A stretch of DNA of 64,000 nt. It comes from Octopus vulgaris (lineage: Eukaryota). The first letter of the stretch is position 1, and every line of letters begins with the position of its first letter. The notes below the pieces were generated by a model, which was given only the letters and a program-made list of their open reading frames with translations, did not search any database and was not told the DNA's origin. The translations under genes and the position numbers were made by a program. Positions 26,822 to 39,844 of this stretch are shown here, in pieces. The stretch lies in NCBI GenBank assembly GCA_951406725.2, contig OX597817.1, positions 60,636,001 to 60,700,000 on the forward strand, in the 5' to 3' direction.

Positions 26822-27110
26822 ATAGGATTATCCCATAAATATTGCGGTTTTTTATACCTCTTTTATTTTTCAAAATTAAGATAAGCAGAGTTCTTTTTTT
26901 GTAATCTAAAATATACCCTCCTTCATTTTCTACAATGTTCTTCCATCCGTCTGGTAAACTTACAAGGCCCCTGTTCCAAATTCCACCTGTCCATGACGAA
27001 AAATACTCTTCCAATACTGTTCAGACCTCGTCTACAGAATTCGTAATCTTTCCGTCCAAATAATTTTGAAAACTGCGGAATAAATGATAGTTAGATGGGG
27101 CAATGTCCGA
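26822..27110 (-). mobile_element. Mariner transposon 3' end, decayed
   Basis: DIAPSNYHLFRSFQNYLDG...LEEYFSS...GLVSLPDGWKNIVENEGGYILD; TIR-like ggattatcccataaatattgcgg next to TA. Confidence 0.85.
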
Positions 27111-27114
27111 TATG

Positions 27115-27885
27115 TCAGAAATGTTGTCCAGGAAGACATCAGGTATAAGTCTTATATGATGTGGAGAGGTGAATTTGTCAGAAAAGGCAAAAGAAAACCA
27201 CTAGATCAGATCTAAAAGACTCTTAAACAAACTGAAAAATCCAGCAGAAGATTTGATTTGGTTATTCTTGGTCGAAGTTTTTCTCAATCGAGGAAAACCT
27301 CAACCAAGATCAAAAAGTTAACAGAAGAAATGACCTTTCTGAAGTTCCAAGTGTTATGCATACAAAATTTCCTGCAGCTGTCGCAGTTTTAGGGGTTGTC
27401 AGCAATGAAAAACATGCGATGCATCCTTACTTCTTCCACAAGGCCTTATAGTTAACTCTGCTGCCTACATTGAGGCCCTGGAAATAATTGTTAAGCTTTG
27501 GATAGACAGTGTAAGCAATGGAAGGCCATATGTGTTTCAGTAAGACTCTGCACTATCACACATGGCTGTAGTAACACAGGAAAGGATGCCTGAAAATTTT
27601 CCTGGTCACATAACCCATAACATTTGACCTCCTAATTCCCCAGATCTCAATCTTATTACATGTGGAGCGCTGTTGAGAGAGAGAGGTCAATGAACACGCC
27701 CATAACACCAAAGATTCTTTGAAAGCTGCCGTAGTCAGAGAAATGTCCAAAATGAACCAGGACCACTTGATTCGAGCATGTAGATGATTTAGATATTATA
27801 TAGAAGCAGTTATTGAAGCTGAAGGTGGATTTATTGAATAACATTATAGATAGAAGGTTTATTTTTATCTTCATGGCAGTTTTTG
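27115..27885 (+). mobile_element. Decayed Tc1/mariner DD37D (maT-like) transposase
   Basis: EDIRYKSY, RSKRLLNKLKNP, NQDQKVNRRND, MHTKFPAAVAVLGVVSNE, GRPYVFQ*DSALSH, *PPNSPDLN, EAVIEAEGGFIE*. Confidence 0.88.
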
Positions 27886-27952
27886 ATATATACATACATA
27901 CATACATACATACATACACACACACACATGCATACATACATACATACATACA

Positions 27953-28025
<73 letters not shown>

Positions 28026-28026
<1 letters not shown>

Positions 28027-29976
28027 GGATTAGGAAGTGCCTGGAAATGTATAAGATAGCACCTACTCTGCGAAACTTTTTGACTGTAAGTATGAGATCA
28101 TGGAGAACCACACTAACTCTGAACAGTGACAATGAATCCCTAAATGCTGGTGATGTAAAAATTTCGTGTGGCATTTTCCAGGGTGACTCACTGTCACCAC
28201 TCCTCTTTTTTTAGCATTAATACCTCTCTCAAAACTGCTCAATGACGCGCAGTACGGGTATAAAATGTTTGATAAAAATATAAATCCTCTCATTTACATG
28301 GATGATTTAAAGCTTTTTGCAAAAAATGACCAACAACTCAAGGGCTTACTAGCGATAGTCAGACAATTCAGTGACGACATCAGAATGCAATTCGGCCTCG
28401 ATAAATGTGCAAAGGAAAAATGACAGAAACATCTAACGTTAACCTTGACCAGCAGAATGTCATAAAAGAACTAGACCCAGCGGAGTGCTACAAGTACCTA
28501 GGGGTAATTGAAGGGAACGGAATAAGGCATTCATAGATGAAGGAAAGGATCAGGAGAGACAGAGCTGAATGCAAGAAACAGGATCGAAGCGAACAATGCA
28601 TTAGCCATACCAGTCGTGACTTACAGTTTCAATATCGTTAACTGGTCAATTACTGAAATATGTCAGCTCGACAGAAAAATAAGAAAACTGTTGACAATGC
28701 ATAGAATGCACCACCCTAAGGCAGACACAGAACGACTTAATCTGCCAAGAAAAGAGGGAGGTCGTGGTCTTTTGCAACTGGCAATAACAATGAAACACCT
28801 ACCTGAAAAAGTCTGAGGACTGGATGTTAAAACTTGTCTCAAAACATGAAAACAAGAAAGCATCATACTCAGTAACAAAACAGGCAAAGGAATATCTAAG
28901 TGAATTCCGAATACAACAAATTTGGGAATTAGAGATAGACATACAAGAAACAAGCACAGAAAAAGCTAGGCGCATGAAAACCCGTGCCAAAACTGCGGCC
29001 TTAGATATTCTGAATAATAAATGGCAAGAAAAACCTCTCTATGGCAAATACCCAAAGAGAGCGAATAATGCAGATATTGACAAAGCCCTGACCCATCAAT
29101 GGCTAATGGCCTTTGGCTTAAAATCTGAAACAGAAGGGTTTATCATAGCAGCTCAAGATCAATGCTTACCAACAAGAAACTACCAGGCCAACATATTAAA
29201 GAACGGCAGTAGCCCAACATGTCGTGTATGCCGACAACAAAATGAAACCATTGATCATGTTGTCTCCAAATGCAGTCTTCTAGCGCCTACAGAGTACCTC
29301 AACAGGCATGATAGAGCTGCACAATATATTCACTGAGTAATTTGCAAAAACCTGGATTTGCCCCATGAAAAAAACTGGTGGGAACACAATCCACCTACTG
29401 TGCTTGAAAATGACCACACCTCACTCCTCTGGAACTTCACCATTCAAACTGACAGAAAGATAGATGCAAATAGGCCAGACATCATATTGAAAGACTTCAG
29501 ACAAAGAACATGCCTCCTCATTGATATGACTGTCCCAATCGATATAAACGTATCTGTCAAGACCTACCAAAAACTGATCAAATATAAAGAACTTGAAATA
29601 GAAATCAGCAAAATGTGGAACCTGAAGACTAAAACAATACCTGTTGTCATAGGTGCCCTGGGAATGATAGCGAAAGGGACTGATTGCTACCTAACTCAGA
29701 TACCAGGAAACCCCAAAATGGCAGAAATTCAAAAGATAGTGCTCATGGGAACTGCTCATATCATATGAAAAATACTCTCTATGTAATCTCAAGGTTTAAA
29801 ACTTCTTTTTTTAAATTTATGTATTAGACATTCACTAGTACAACACCAAAAAACCCCCCCAAATATATGGCACACTAGGCATAACAACAACGTGAACTTC
29901 CAACCTGTTGTCTCTTGAGGTTTCTGGGTGAGACTTGGAGCCAACTTGTACAGACATAAAGCAAAAGTCAAACATA

Positions 29977-29978
<2 letters not shown>
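28026..29978 (+). mobile_element. 5'-truncated R4/Dong-clade non-LTR retrotransposon inserted in (TAA)n
   Basis: RT: GIFQGDSLSPLLF, YMDDLKLFAKND, FGLDKCA, YKYLG. Zinc knuckle: CRVC..NETIDHVVSKC, YLNRHD. RLE: RPDIILKD..LIDMTVP..KYKEL, PVVIGALG. Few stops or frameshifts; (TAA)n on both sides. Confidence 0.95.
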
Positions 29979-30036
<58 letters not shown>

Positions 30037-31002
30037 TATGAGGGAATATTATTCCAAACTTATATATATATATGATAAATGAAAGACAAAAGATGGAATA
30101 TACGAGAATTTATTGTTAATCACGACAATTGTTTCAACAAATCTAGTATCGATCTCTCATGGGATATGTATGCATGTATGGGTGTGTGTTTGTGTGTGTG
30201 CATGTGTGTGTGTGTGCATGTGTGTGTGTGTGTGTGTGCGTGCGCGTGTGCGTGCGTATGTGTGTGTCTTTTTTCTGTGGTACCTTTTTGTTAAAACATT
30301 ACTATCAATTCAGTAAAGCATTTTTTTTCTATCTGAAAACTTTTCAGTAGAATGTGATTTTCTTTTCTAAATCTGAAATTCTGTTTTGTATCTAAACCTC
30401 AATTTTTACAATTTGATAAGCGCAATCTTTCCCCAATTATAATAGTAACATTAGTAGCGGAATGCAATATCTCCTACTTGTTTTTATTTATTGGTATCAC
30501 TTTATATATCTTGCTTAAATTCTCACCTGCTTCGCTTAAATGTTTAAACATGTTTTACAAGATTTCTATCATTTTATACATTACACTAGAACGCTTGAAA
30601 TAAAATGAAAATACTCTGTAATGCTTATTTGTTCATAAATGCTATGACTGTATAATCGATATGATAGTATCATTGATCTCTTCTATGTCTTCAGATATTT
30701 TATATTTGTCAGTCATAAGTTATTGAAACGGCTGCAAACCGTTCAATAAATAATACCGACGATATCATTCTCATCAAAATGGCAAAAGCACAAGTTTCGC
30801 TGGAGTCAATATGTCACTAAGTTTATAGACAACAGGTGGACATGTGCGGATGCCGAGTGCTACCTAAAAGATCGGAAAAGGCCACACGAGCGGACTTTTG
30901 GACGATTTGTGCCACAACAAAAAATAAAAGGGCGCAATTAAGAAAGGATTGGAAGCGCATTGTGACCAGCGGAGTATAACGGTGTCCGATGTACTGGTCA
31001 GC

Positions 31003-31188
31003 CATGTTGGACCGCTGAACTCTACACGTTTTTCCCCCATTCTCTCTTTGTTTATTTCTTCTTAGTGCTTTCTGTTGAAAGGCATAGGATCGAAACGTAA
31101 AAGACCTTTTCATTTCTTCCGAGCGTCAAACTAATACACTTGTTTGTTGTTCATACACCTATCTTTATCTGTTCTGTAAATTTCAACT
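31003..31188 (+). mobile_element. Hammerhead-motif repeat family H copy
   Basis: CTTT-CTGTTGA-AAGgcataggatC-GAAA-CG-TA-AAAG at 31068-31103 plus shared flanks (ctaatacact.tgtttgttg, acacct). Confidence 0.7.
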
Positions 31189-31533
31189 ACACACACACAC
31201 ACACACACGCGCGCACATATATATCTATGTATGTATGTATGAAAGTCTATGAGGTTTACTTAATACAATTTTTGAAGTGGTCAAGTGATTTAAAAAAAAC
31301 ATTTTAAAAAATGTTATGAAATCTATTATGAGAATGTTATTAAGCAATGTTCTGTTCATTATTTACTTAAGTAAAATTATTCCAACAACTTCTAGATTTA
31401 TAATTTTAGTTTGTCATGTCATTATATAGGATGTAAACAGCAAGATAAGTTCATATATGCTAGACCTGAAAATCGGCAATATAATCGTTTCAATATGGTA
31501 TTCTATTTAGATACATTCTGTTTCAGCAATATC

Positions 31534-31765
31534 TATTTCTTTACTACCCACAAGGGGCTAAACACAGAGGAGACAAACAAGACAGACAAACGGATTAAGT
31601 CGATTATATCGACCCCAGTGCGCAACTGGTACTTAATTTATCGACCCCGAAAGGATGAAAGGCAAAGTCGGCCTCGGCGAAATTTGAACTCAGAACGTAA
31701 CGGTAGACGAAATACGACTACGCATTTCGCCCGACGTGCTAACGTTTCTGCCAGCTCGCCGCCTT
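31534..31765 (-). mobile_element. SINE family A, full length, with 15-bp TSD
   Basis: TSD tgtttcagcaatatc at 31519-31533 and 31768-31782; head ggcggcgagctggcagaaacgttagc. Confidence 0.93.
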
Positions 31766-32082
31766 ATTGTTTCAGCAATATCGAGGAATATGTTGTCATG
31801 AAACGTGCGTAGTAAATTACATGATTTGAAATAAGAATTGAAGATATCAATTTTGATAATTTGGAATAAGAATTCTAAATATTAATTTTGATAATTTTAA
31901 TATTTAGTCCTATATGTACCTATTGTGGATAATGTCATTCAATGATGATAGGGTTGCTTGAGGGTGATTTTGTCTCTTAAACCTGTCTATTCATATTTAT
32001 ATATAATACAGTCAGTAATTCATTTTAGTACTACTAAATTGAACTTCTCTCCCCTGTGGACTCGGAAATAAATTCCCTAATA

Positions 32083-32139
<57 letters not shown>

Positions 32140-32365
32140 TATATAATCCATGTAACGACACGCGTACTTGCCTCCGGACTATCTGCTCCTTTCTCTTTTC
32201 CTCTTCTCTGACCTTTTCCTGCTTTCTGACGAAGTGCCATGCTCTCGAAACGTCATTTCTACTCCAATCTTTTCATCTAAAACTTTCACGAAGTGTAAAT
32301 CTAATACATTCACTATGTACGCCCAGATGATTCTTGTTTTTACCTGCTAGTTTTGTTCTTGCATT

Positions 32366-32410
<45 letters not shown>

Positions 32411-32942
32411 GTGTGTGTGTGTGTGTGTGTTTGTGTATATATATATATATAAGCACATATATATATATACACACACACATATATATATATATACATACTT
32501 ACATATATATATATATATGTGTGTGTGTGCGTGTGTGTGTGTGTCCACATATATGTGTGTGTAAATATTAACACAGATAAATAAATAATACTTGTTAGGT
32601 GTTGGCCCTGCGTTACTATGTTGATGCCTCCGTTGGTTTTCTGGTTCCTAATCTTCTTGATGTTTATATTTCTCTATAATAATTACGTAGTTGTCGCAGA
32701 ATATATTATTATATCCGGGTTCGTCTCCATTGCTTGTTGGGGCACCCATCTCTTCCTTACCTAGGAGAAATAGTATGTATTTTGTGTCGTGGGCATTGTA
32801 ACGCATAGAATATTGGCCTTGCTTTATAATAAAGTGATATCAAATAATGTAGGACACTGTTGAGTGAGAGGAACAGGACAATGTCGGTTCGACGAAAGAT
32901 GAGAAGCTAAGACTGAAAAGTACGAGACGTATAAAGAAGGAG

Positions 32943-33007
<65 letters not shown>

Positions 33008-33120
33008 GAGAGAGAGAGACATACAGAAGACAGGATACAACGATAGACTGATTAGGGAGGTGTAATTGAGAAGGGAGAAAAGAGAGAGAGATATATGTGT
33101 GCATGTGTGTGTATGTATAC

Positions 33121-33151
<31 letters not shown>

Positions 33152-33236
33152 CGTATTCATTTGACTATACGTATATATATTATTGTATATGTATGTATAT
33201 ATGTTGAGAGGGATAAAGAGATATAGAACGAGAAAA

Positions 33237-33273
<37 letters not shown>

Positions 33274-33484
33274 AGAGAGAAGTGTGTAAAGTTCGTATAA
33301 GACGTAAAACTGATAAGATGTGTAAACTGACGTAAGTTAGCTGTCTAGTAAGAGGTTTACACCCACATCAAAATAAACACCCATCCACCCACACTGACAC
33401 ACACCAAAACACACCAAAGCAAGGTTACATACACGTTATATGGCTATCTCTGTCTCACTTATATTCATCTCTACGTAGATCAGT

Positions 33485-33485
<1 letters not shown>

Positions 33486-33566
<81 letters not shown>

Positions 33567-33645
33567 GTCTGTCTGTATGTATGTCTGTCTGTCTGTCTGT
33601 CTATCTATGTCTGTCTGTCTGTCTGTCAATCTATCTATCTGTCTG

Positions 33646-33710
<65 letters not shown>

Positions 33711-33755
33711 TTGTGTCTATCTATCTACCTATCTATCTGTCTACCTATCTATCTA
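33486..33755. repeat. (TATC)n/(TGTC)n microsatellite
   Basis: Direct reading. Confidence 0.95.
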
Positions 33756-34021
33756 TACGGAGTGTGCATGCATGTATGCATCCCAGCTTCAGTTAGCAAA
33801 CTAATCTCCATTGTTGATATAAAAAATTGTCTGTCGCTTGGGATGCTGCAAAAGAGCGCCTGTATGCAAATATTTGTGGCTACATCAGTCTTCGAAAGTT
33901 GGTTTTGAAGATGATTAAATGAACGAATCGGGTACGCGGTTGATTCAAACATCTACTCTACTTATATCCTGTGGCAGCGAAGGTGGTACCAACTTACTTT
34001 GTTTTGGTGGATCTCTTGTAG

Positions 34022-34111
34022 AATCTGGCCATGACTTTTTCAAGGAGCGATATGCAACGGTTAGAATCGAAGAAGCCTCATGGCGCTGTAGAACGGTTTG
34101 AACAGTTCAGA
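34022..34111 (+). CDS. Candidate coding exon (30 codons, NLAMTFSRSDMQRLESKKPHGAVERFEQFR), gene unidentified
   Basis: Acceptor tctcttgtag, donor gtaagt, 90 nt, only phase 0 is open; non-repetitive sequence. No homology recognised. Confidence 0.35.
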
Positions 34112-34380
34112 GTAAGTTACACATACTAATTGGTTTTCTCTATCCCGCAATGAAGTAAAATACATGCAACTACTGCAGGATTTGAACTAACAATTAAGTT
34201 TTGCAAAACTAGAAGCTGTAATACGCTTGATGCAGACGATTATCCTTTCTGCCATAATCCAGACTTAGTCATGGCTGATAATCCTTTCTGCTATTGACAC
34301 AAGGTTAGAAATTTTATCGAAGAGAAAGATTTAGTGGAGTGAGTCGAATACGGTCAAGTTTGAATATTTTGTATTGGGTA

Positions 34381-34810
34381 AGGCGGCGAGCAGACAGAAA
34401 CGTTAGCATTCCGGGTGAAATGTTTAGTGGTATTTCGTCTGTTGTTACGTTCTGAGTTCAAATTCCGCCGAGGTCGACTTTGCTATTCGTCCTTTCGGGG
34501 TCGATAAATTAAGTACCAGTTACGCACTGGGGTCGATGTAAGCGACTTAATCCCTTTGTCTGTCCTTGTTTGTCCCCAGTATGTTTGGCCCCTTGTGGGC
34601 AATAAAGAAATGAGTAACCTTACTATGCCGGGCGAAATGCTTAGTGGTATTTCGTCTGTCTTTACGTTCTGAGTTCAAATTCCGCCGAGGTCGACTTTGC
34701 CTTTCATCCTTTCGGGGTCGATGAATTAAGTACCAGTTCGTACTGCGACCGATCTAATCGACTGATTCCCTCCCCCACAATTTCAGGCCTTGTACCTAGA
34801 GTTGAAAAGA
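34381..34810 (+). mobile_element. Two tandem SINE family A copies with different tails
   Basis: 34381-34610 ends ccccttgtgggcaataaagaaat; 34620-34810 ends ccctcccccacaatttcaggccttgtacctaga. Confidence 0.9.
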
Positions 34811-36437
34811 ATATTTTGTGTTGGGTTGTCGGAAAACTTCGTTTGTTTTGATTTTTTCATTTACTTTAATCCTTCCCACTGTTATTTAATCTTTGTGACA
34901 CTGCATTTTCCGTAGAACTGTTTCCCCTGCCACTGCCGTATTACTACGGGGGTGAAAACTCATACAGTGACATGATGCATTTACAGTGTACTCAAGGTTA
35001 ATCTAAAGCCTAAAAATATTTTTATCGTAGTGCTTGAAGGCTTTTCGTTGCTCTATTTTCCCTGTAGAACTTTTGTTTATCGTTTTGGAAATTTGAATAA
35101 ATCTTAGTTCTTTTCAGTCATGACATGACAATGGAACAGCAAACAGAAAAGAAACAAATGTATTTATCTGACAACCTAATAGTCTAGAGACAAGAATAAT
35201 GACCTTGACCTTAACGGGGCCCTCGGAGATTGGAGTAAGACAGCTATTGTGTAAATGAAGACCTGGCTACAATGCTTATAGCAGAGGGTTTTCTGCCAAA
35301 ATTGGATTAAGTCTGCAACGTAATTAACGCACATTTATTCCAGTAATTTACCAATTCTTTCTCTTTATGCTTCATTGCTAAAAGTATACTAATTCAAGAA
35401 GCAAACGGTCGTCTCAATCCATTCCATTTTGTCTCTCGAAATTCCATTGGAATCATTTTTGTCTAACAATTTTTTTAATCTTTTCTTGTTTCAGTCCTTC
35501 GACTGCGGCCATGCTGAAGCATCGCTCTGAAGGGGTTTAGTTGAACAAACCAATCCTAGGATTTCATTTTGTTTTCTGGTACGTCTTTTATCGGCTCTCT
35601 AATATCGAAGCGCTAAATTACAGGGACGTAAACAAACCAAGATAAGCTGTCAAACAGCGGTGGAGGACAAACACAACAGATACGAACATGCACACACACA
35701 CACACGCGCGCGCGCACACACACACACGCGCGCGCGCACACACACACATGTACACACACATACGCACATATACACACCTCTCTCTGTCTTTATATCTACC
35801 CTCTTTGTAATGTTGGCAAAAGGAATAAGTATAAAAATGAACATTGTCTATTTAATTAAAAAATTCTATATGTGGCTGAAGAGTGCTCTACATTTTAAAA
35901 CTGATGTAATACTTACATTGTTTAATTGGATATCCTTTTTGCTTATTTTGATTATAATCACTCCATTTGATTTATATGGATAATACCATACCAAATTCTG
36001 GTGCCCTTAACTTAAGTACCATATTCATCTGAATCTAAATTTTGCACATATAATATATATGTATATATATATATATACAACAAGTTCCTTTCAGTTTCCC
36101 TACCAAATCCACTTAGAATCTTGTGGTTAGGCCAAGGCTATTGTAAACATTTACCCAAGCTGCAGCGCGATCGGATTGATCTCAAGACGACAGAGTTCAT
36201 TTTCTTTGCGTGTGTAAGCTCGTCTGTCTTTCACACGATTTCATCATCCTTCTCTCTCTCTCTCTCTCATTTCCCTTCTCACACGCACAGACACCGACAT
36301 CCACTCAGTCATTCCTTTGAGCCACGCTATTTTATTTTCAATCAACTCCTTCAGAACGTGAAATATCGATGTTTTTCTAGTGTCTATACATGTATCTTTC
36401 TATTTGTGAATGAGTGTCTGTCGATGTATGAATGTGC

Positions 36438-36494
<57 letters not shown>

Positions 36495-36900
36495 CGTGCA
36501 AGTCTATTCGGTAAAGACAACAAAAGACAGATCGCTCGGTAATTATAGCGAAAGGAAGGAGTGAGCTTGTGGCAGAGGGAAAAGGAGAAAGACGGAAAGA
36601 AAAGCAAAGAGAATGAGAGCAAGAGAAAGAAAGTGAAAGAAAATGAGGGAGGGAGAGAGAGAGAGGGGGAGAGAGAGAGAGAGGGAGAGAGAGAGGTAGA
36701 GAGAGAAGGAGAGAGGGAGAGAGGGAGAGAGAGAGAGAAGGTGAGAGAAAGAGAGGAGTGAAACAATTTGTTAAATGTCTTAACGGAAATAAACACATAT
36801 TTCTTATCTTAAAAATACACGATAAGGAATATCAGGATCCAATGAACCACAACTCCGAGCGAGAGAGAGGAAACAGAAACAACAGGCTGACACACGCACG

Positions 36901-36946
<46 letters not shown>

Positions 36947-37045
36947 GTGTGTATGTCTGTGCGCAAACGGTTGTGTGTTTCTTTTATTGTACGTAAATAT
37001 AAAAGTGGCCAATACGCATCTTTGTACAAGAAAAGTATAGACTTG

Positions 37046-37095
<50 letters not shown>

Positions 37096-37351
37096 ACGTG
37101 TGTGTGGTAAGAAGCATTAAAATGCCAAATACCTAAGGTGGCTTCGTTATTACAGTTGTCCGAGGTGGCTGTTTGCGTAGAACTTTGAAATGTAGACCTA
37201 TGATTTGGGGCACCACATTCACACGCATTCATTCATTTATACATGCATACACACCATGCATACACACATACCTACATACATGCATGCATACATACATGCA
37301 TTCATGTATACATGCATACATTCGTACTTAAATACATATATATATACATAC

Positions 37352-37581
37352 TATTTCTTTACTACCCACAAGGGGCTAAACACAGAAGGGACAAACAAGG
37401 ACAGACATAGGTATTAGGTCGATTACATCGACCCCAGTGCGTAACTGGTACTTATTTAATCGACCCCGAAAGGATGAAAGGCAAAGTCGACCTCGGCAGA
37501 ATTTGAACTCACAACGTAACGCAGACGAAATATCGCTAAGCATCTCACCCGGCGTGCTAACGTTTCTACCAGCTCGCCGCC
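37352..37581 (-). mobile_element. SINE family A, full length, inserted in a (CATA)n region
   Basis: Full head, core and tail; direct repeat tatatacatac at 37341-37351 and 37582-37592. Confidence 0.9.
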
Positions 37582-38395
37582 TATATACATACATACCTAT
37601 ATACGTACTTACATACATGTATATCTACATACCTACATACATGCATACATACATACATACATACATACATACATACATACATACAAACATACATACATAC
37701 ATACATACATACATACATGCATACATACATACATACATATATACATACATACATTCATGCATACATGCATACATACGTACTTAAATACATACATACATAT
37801 ATACATGCATACACACATTCATGCATGCATACATACGTACTTAGATACATACATGCATACATAGATAGATACATACATACTTAAATGCATGCATATATAC
37901 ATGCATATATTCATTTATTCATTTATACACGGGGCGCTGAACACGTTTGGTGGATGTTAAATATTTGCATGAAACGATAGACTTACATCTGCATCACTGA
38001 GAGTTTCACGGACGCAAACAGCTTGTATTCGAAATTATAATTAATGCAAACAAATGCCAAATTATGAATAAAGTTTTATTTTCGTGTTTACTCGGCCTAG
38101 GTGTCGCTAGTGTCGTCGCAAGCGTTGCTGTTAGAATGCAAACAGCTGGAACAGATACAGTTCCGCCAACTCATGCACAAATCGGGATCAGTGTATTTTG
38201 TCGCTCAAAAAAGGTTGAAAGGTCAAGTAGACCTTGACGAAAATTGAATGTAGAGTATAGACAGTCGAATCAAATACCGACGAAAACTCCTCCTCCTCAT
38301 CATCATCATCTTATCCCTTCCTTTTCCTGTGACACTCGACTACCCACTGCCGCCGTCACCACCGATAGCAATGACGGATCGTGGATCGTGTCGTA

Positions 38396-38566
38396 ACTAC
38401 CTTCAGATCCGACTTGCCCGGAATGATGAAGCCCCGGGGCAGTCATTCGAGTTATCAATGTGCATTCGAGGTATCAATGTTCACTGAGTTCTGCACCTCG
38501 CATCACTCAACGTTGACAGACACTCTTCATCGACGAACAAACCGAGTGATACGCCGGCCAGAGTTT
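38396..38566 (-). rRNA. Orphan degenerate 5.8S rRNA copy (probable pseudogene)
   Basis: Reverse complement aactctggccggcgtatcactcggtttgttcgtcgatgaagag...tgcagaactcagtgaacattgatacctcgaatgcacattg...ccccggggc...tctgaaggt matches conserved 5.8S motifs (ATCACTCGG, GTCGATGAAGA, TGCAG.AC, GAAYGCAC). No 18S or 28S nearby. Confidence 0.85.
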
Positions 38567-38907
38567 CAATTATTTTTCTGTGACGTGATTTTATGCTACG
38601 TCACGACGTGAAGGGACGGTGAGAAGGCGTTAGGCGTTCGCGAAATGAGAAAAATGATAACAAAAATGGCGACAGCGGAAGTGGATCTGTGCGCTATTAC
38701 CGAAGCCGACATTCTCGAGAGTTCCTTTCGCTGCCATCTCTGTTAGTTTGCCACATTAGGTAGGTTAAACGCATTTGATTTTAATTAAACTAAAAGTGAA
38801 TCCAGTTTTCTTTTGAAAAACAAAACGCTTAGAAGAAATAACTAGTTAATGTCCGTTGTTTTGTGACCAAGTTAAGAAAGAGCTACCAACAATGAGTCGA
38901 TGAATTT

Positions 38908-38965
<58 letters not shown>

Positions 38966-39711
38966 ACTGGAAGCTTATCAAATACTAGTGGAGATGAATA
39001 TAAACTTGACAAAATAATTTTGCATAGAAACTTCGCAGGATAGGACACATGTGTTGAAGAATACCAATTTGGATTTCTGCAGTAGCAATTAAAATTAGAT
39101 CAGTTCTGAGCGACACAACATTTCTATATCAAAATCGCAATATATATATATATATATATATCTACAGACACACGCGCGCACGCACACACATATATACACG
39201 TATACAGACATACATTTGTATATATACGTATACATGTTACATAGAGATACTGTAAGGGCAAGTATGCACGTAAATATATGTACGTGTGTTTGTGTGAGTA
39301 TGTCTGAAATAGCTGCCGTGGGAGGGCGTTATCTTCGACACTAGTTCAGTCCACTTAAAGAAGACACGTAACTGATGTTCAACAATATCTTGCTGTCATT
39401 GATAAAGAAAAAAAAAAGGTTGTCAGAAACGCAACAAAGAACAGCGCTACGTGGAAATATCTCCCATACATTCAACACAAATGCAAACATTGGCGCGCAC
39501 ACGCACACGCACACACATACGCACATACACACCTACATAAGCAATATATACACATTCAAGCAGAAACACAAACATGTATATACATAAACAAGCAGTAGTC
39601 GATGTATTTGCATGCGTGCTTTTGTGTGTACGTATATAGATCATATATAAGTTTGTATCGTATGTTTGTATATGTATGTAGGTTGGTATACATGTATTGA
39701 TATGTGTATAT

Positions 39712-39774
<63 letters not shown>

Positions 39775-39792
39775 CCTCTGTCTATATATGCA

Positions 39793-39833
<41 letters not shown>

Positions 39834-39844
39834 CTATAGATCAG

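Noticed and set aside
26181-27014. 277-aa ORF on minus
   Set aside because: Mariner C-terminus read through into (TA)n and (GAT)n repeats.
33999-34085. Minus-strand exon reading with in-frame TGA (P*GFF...), suggestive of a CxxU selenoprotein given the tRNA-Sec copy
   Set aside because: Downstream residues do not resemble SelW/SelT/MIEN1, no SECIS was identified, and the plus-strand exon reading is simpler. The tRNA-Sec is a retrocopy 26 kb away.
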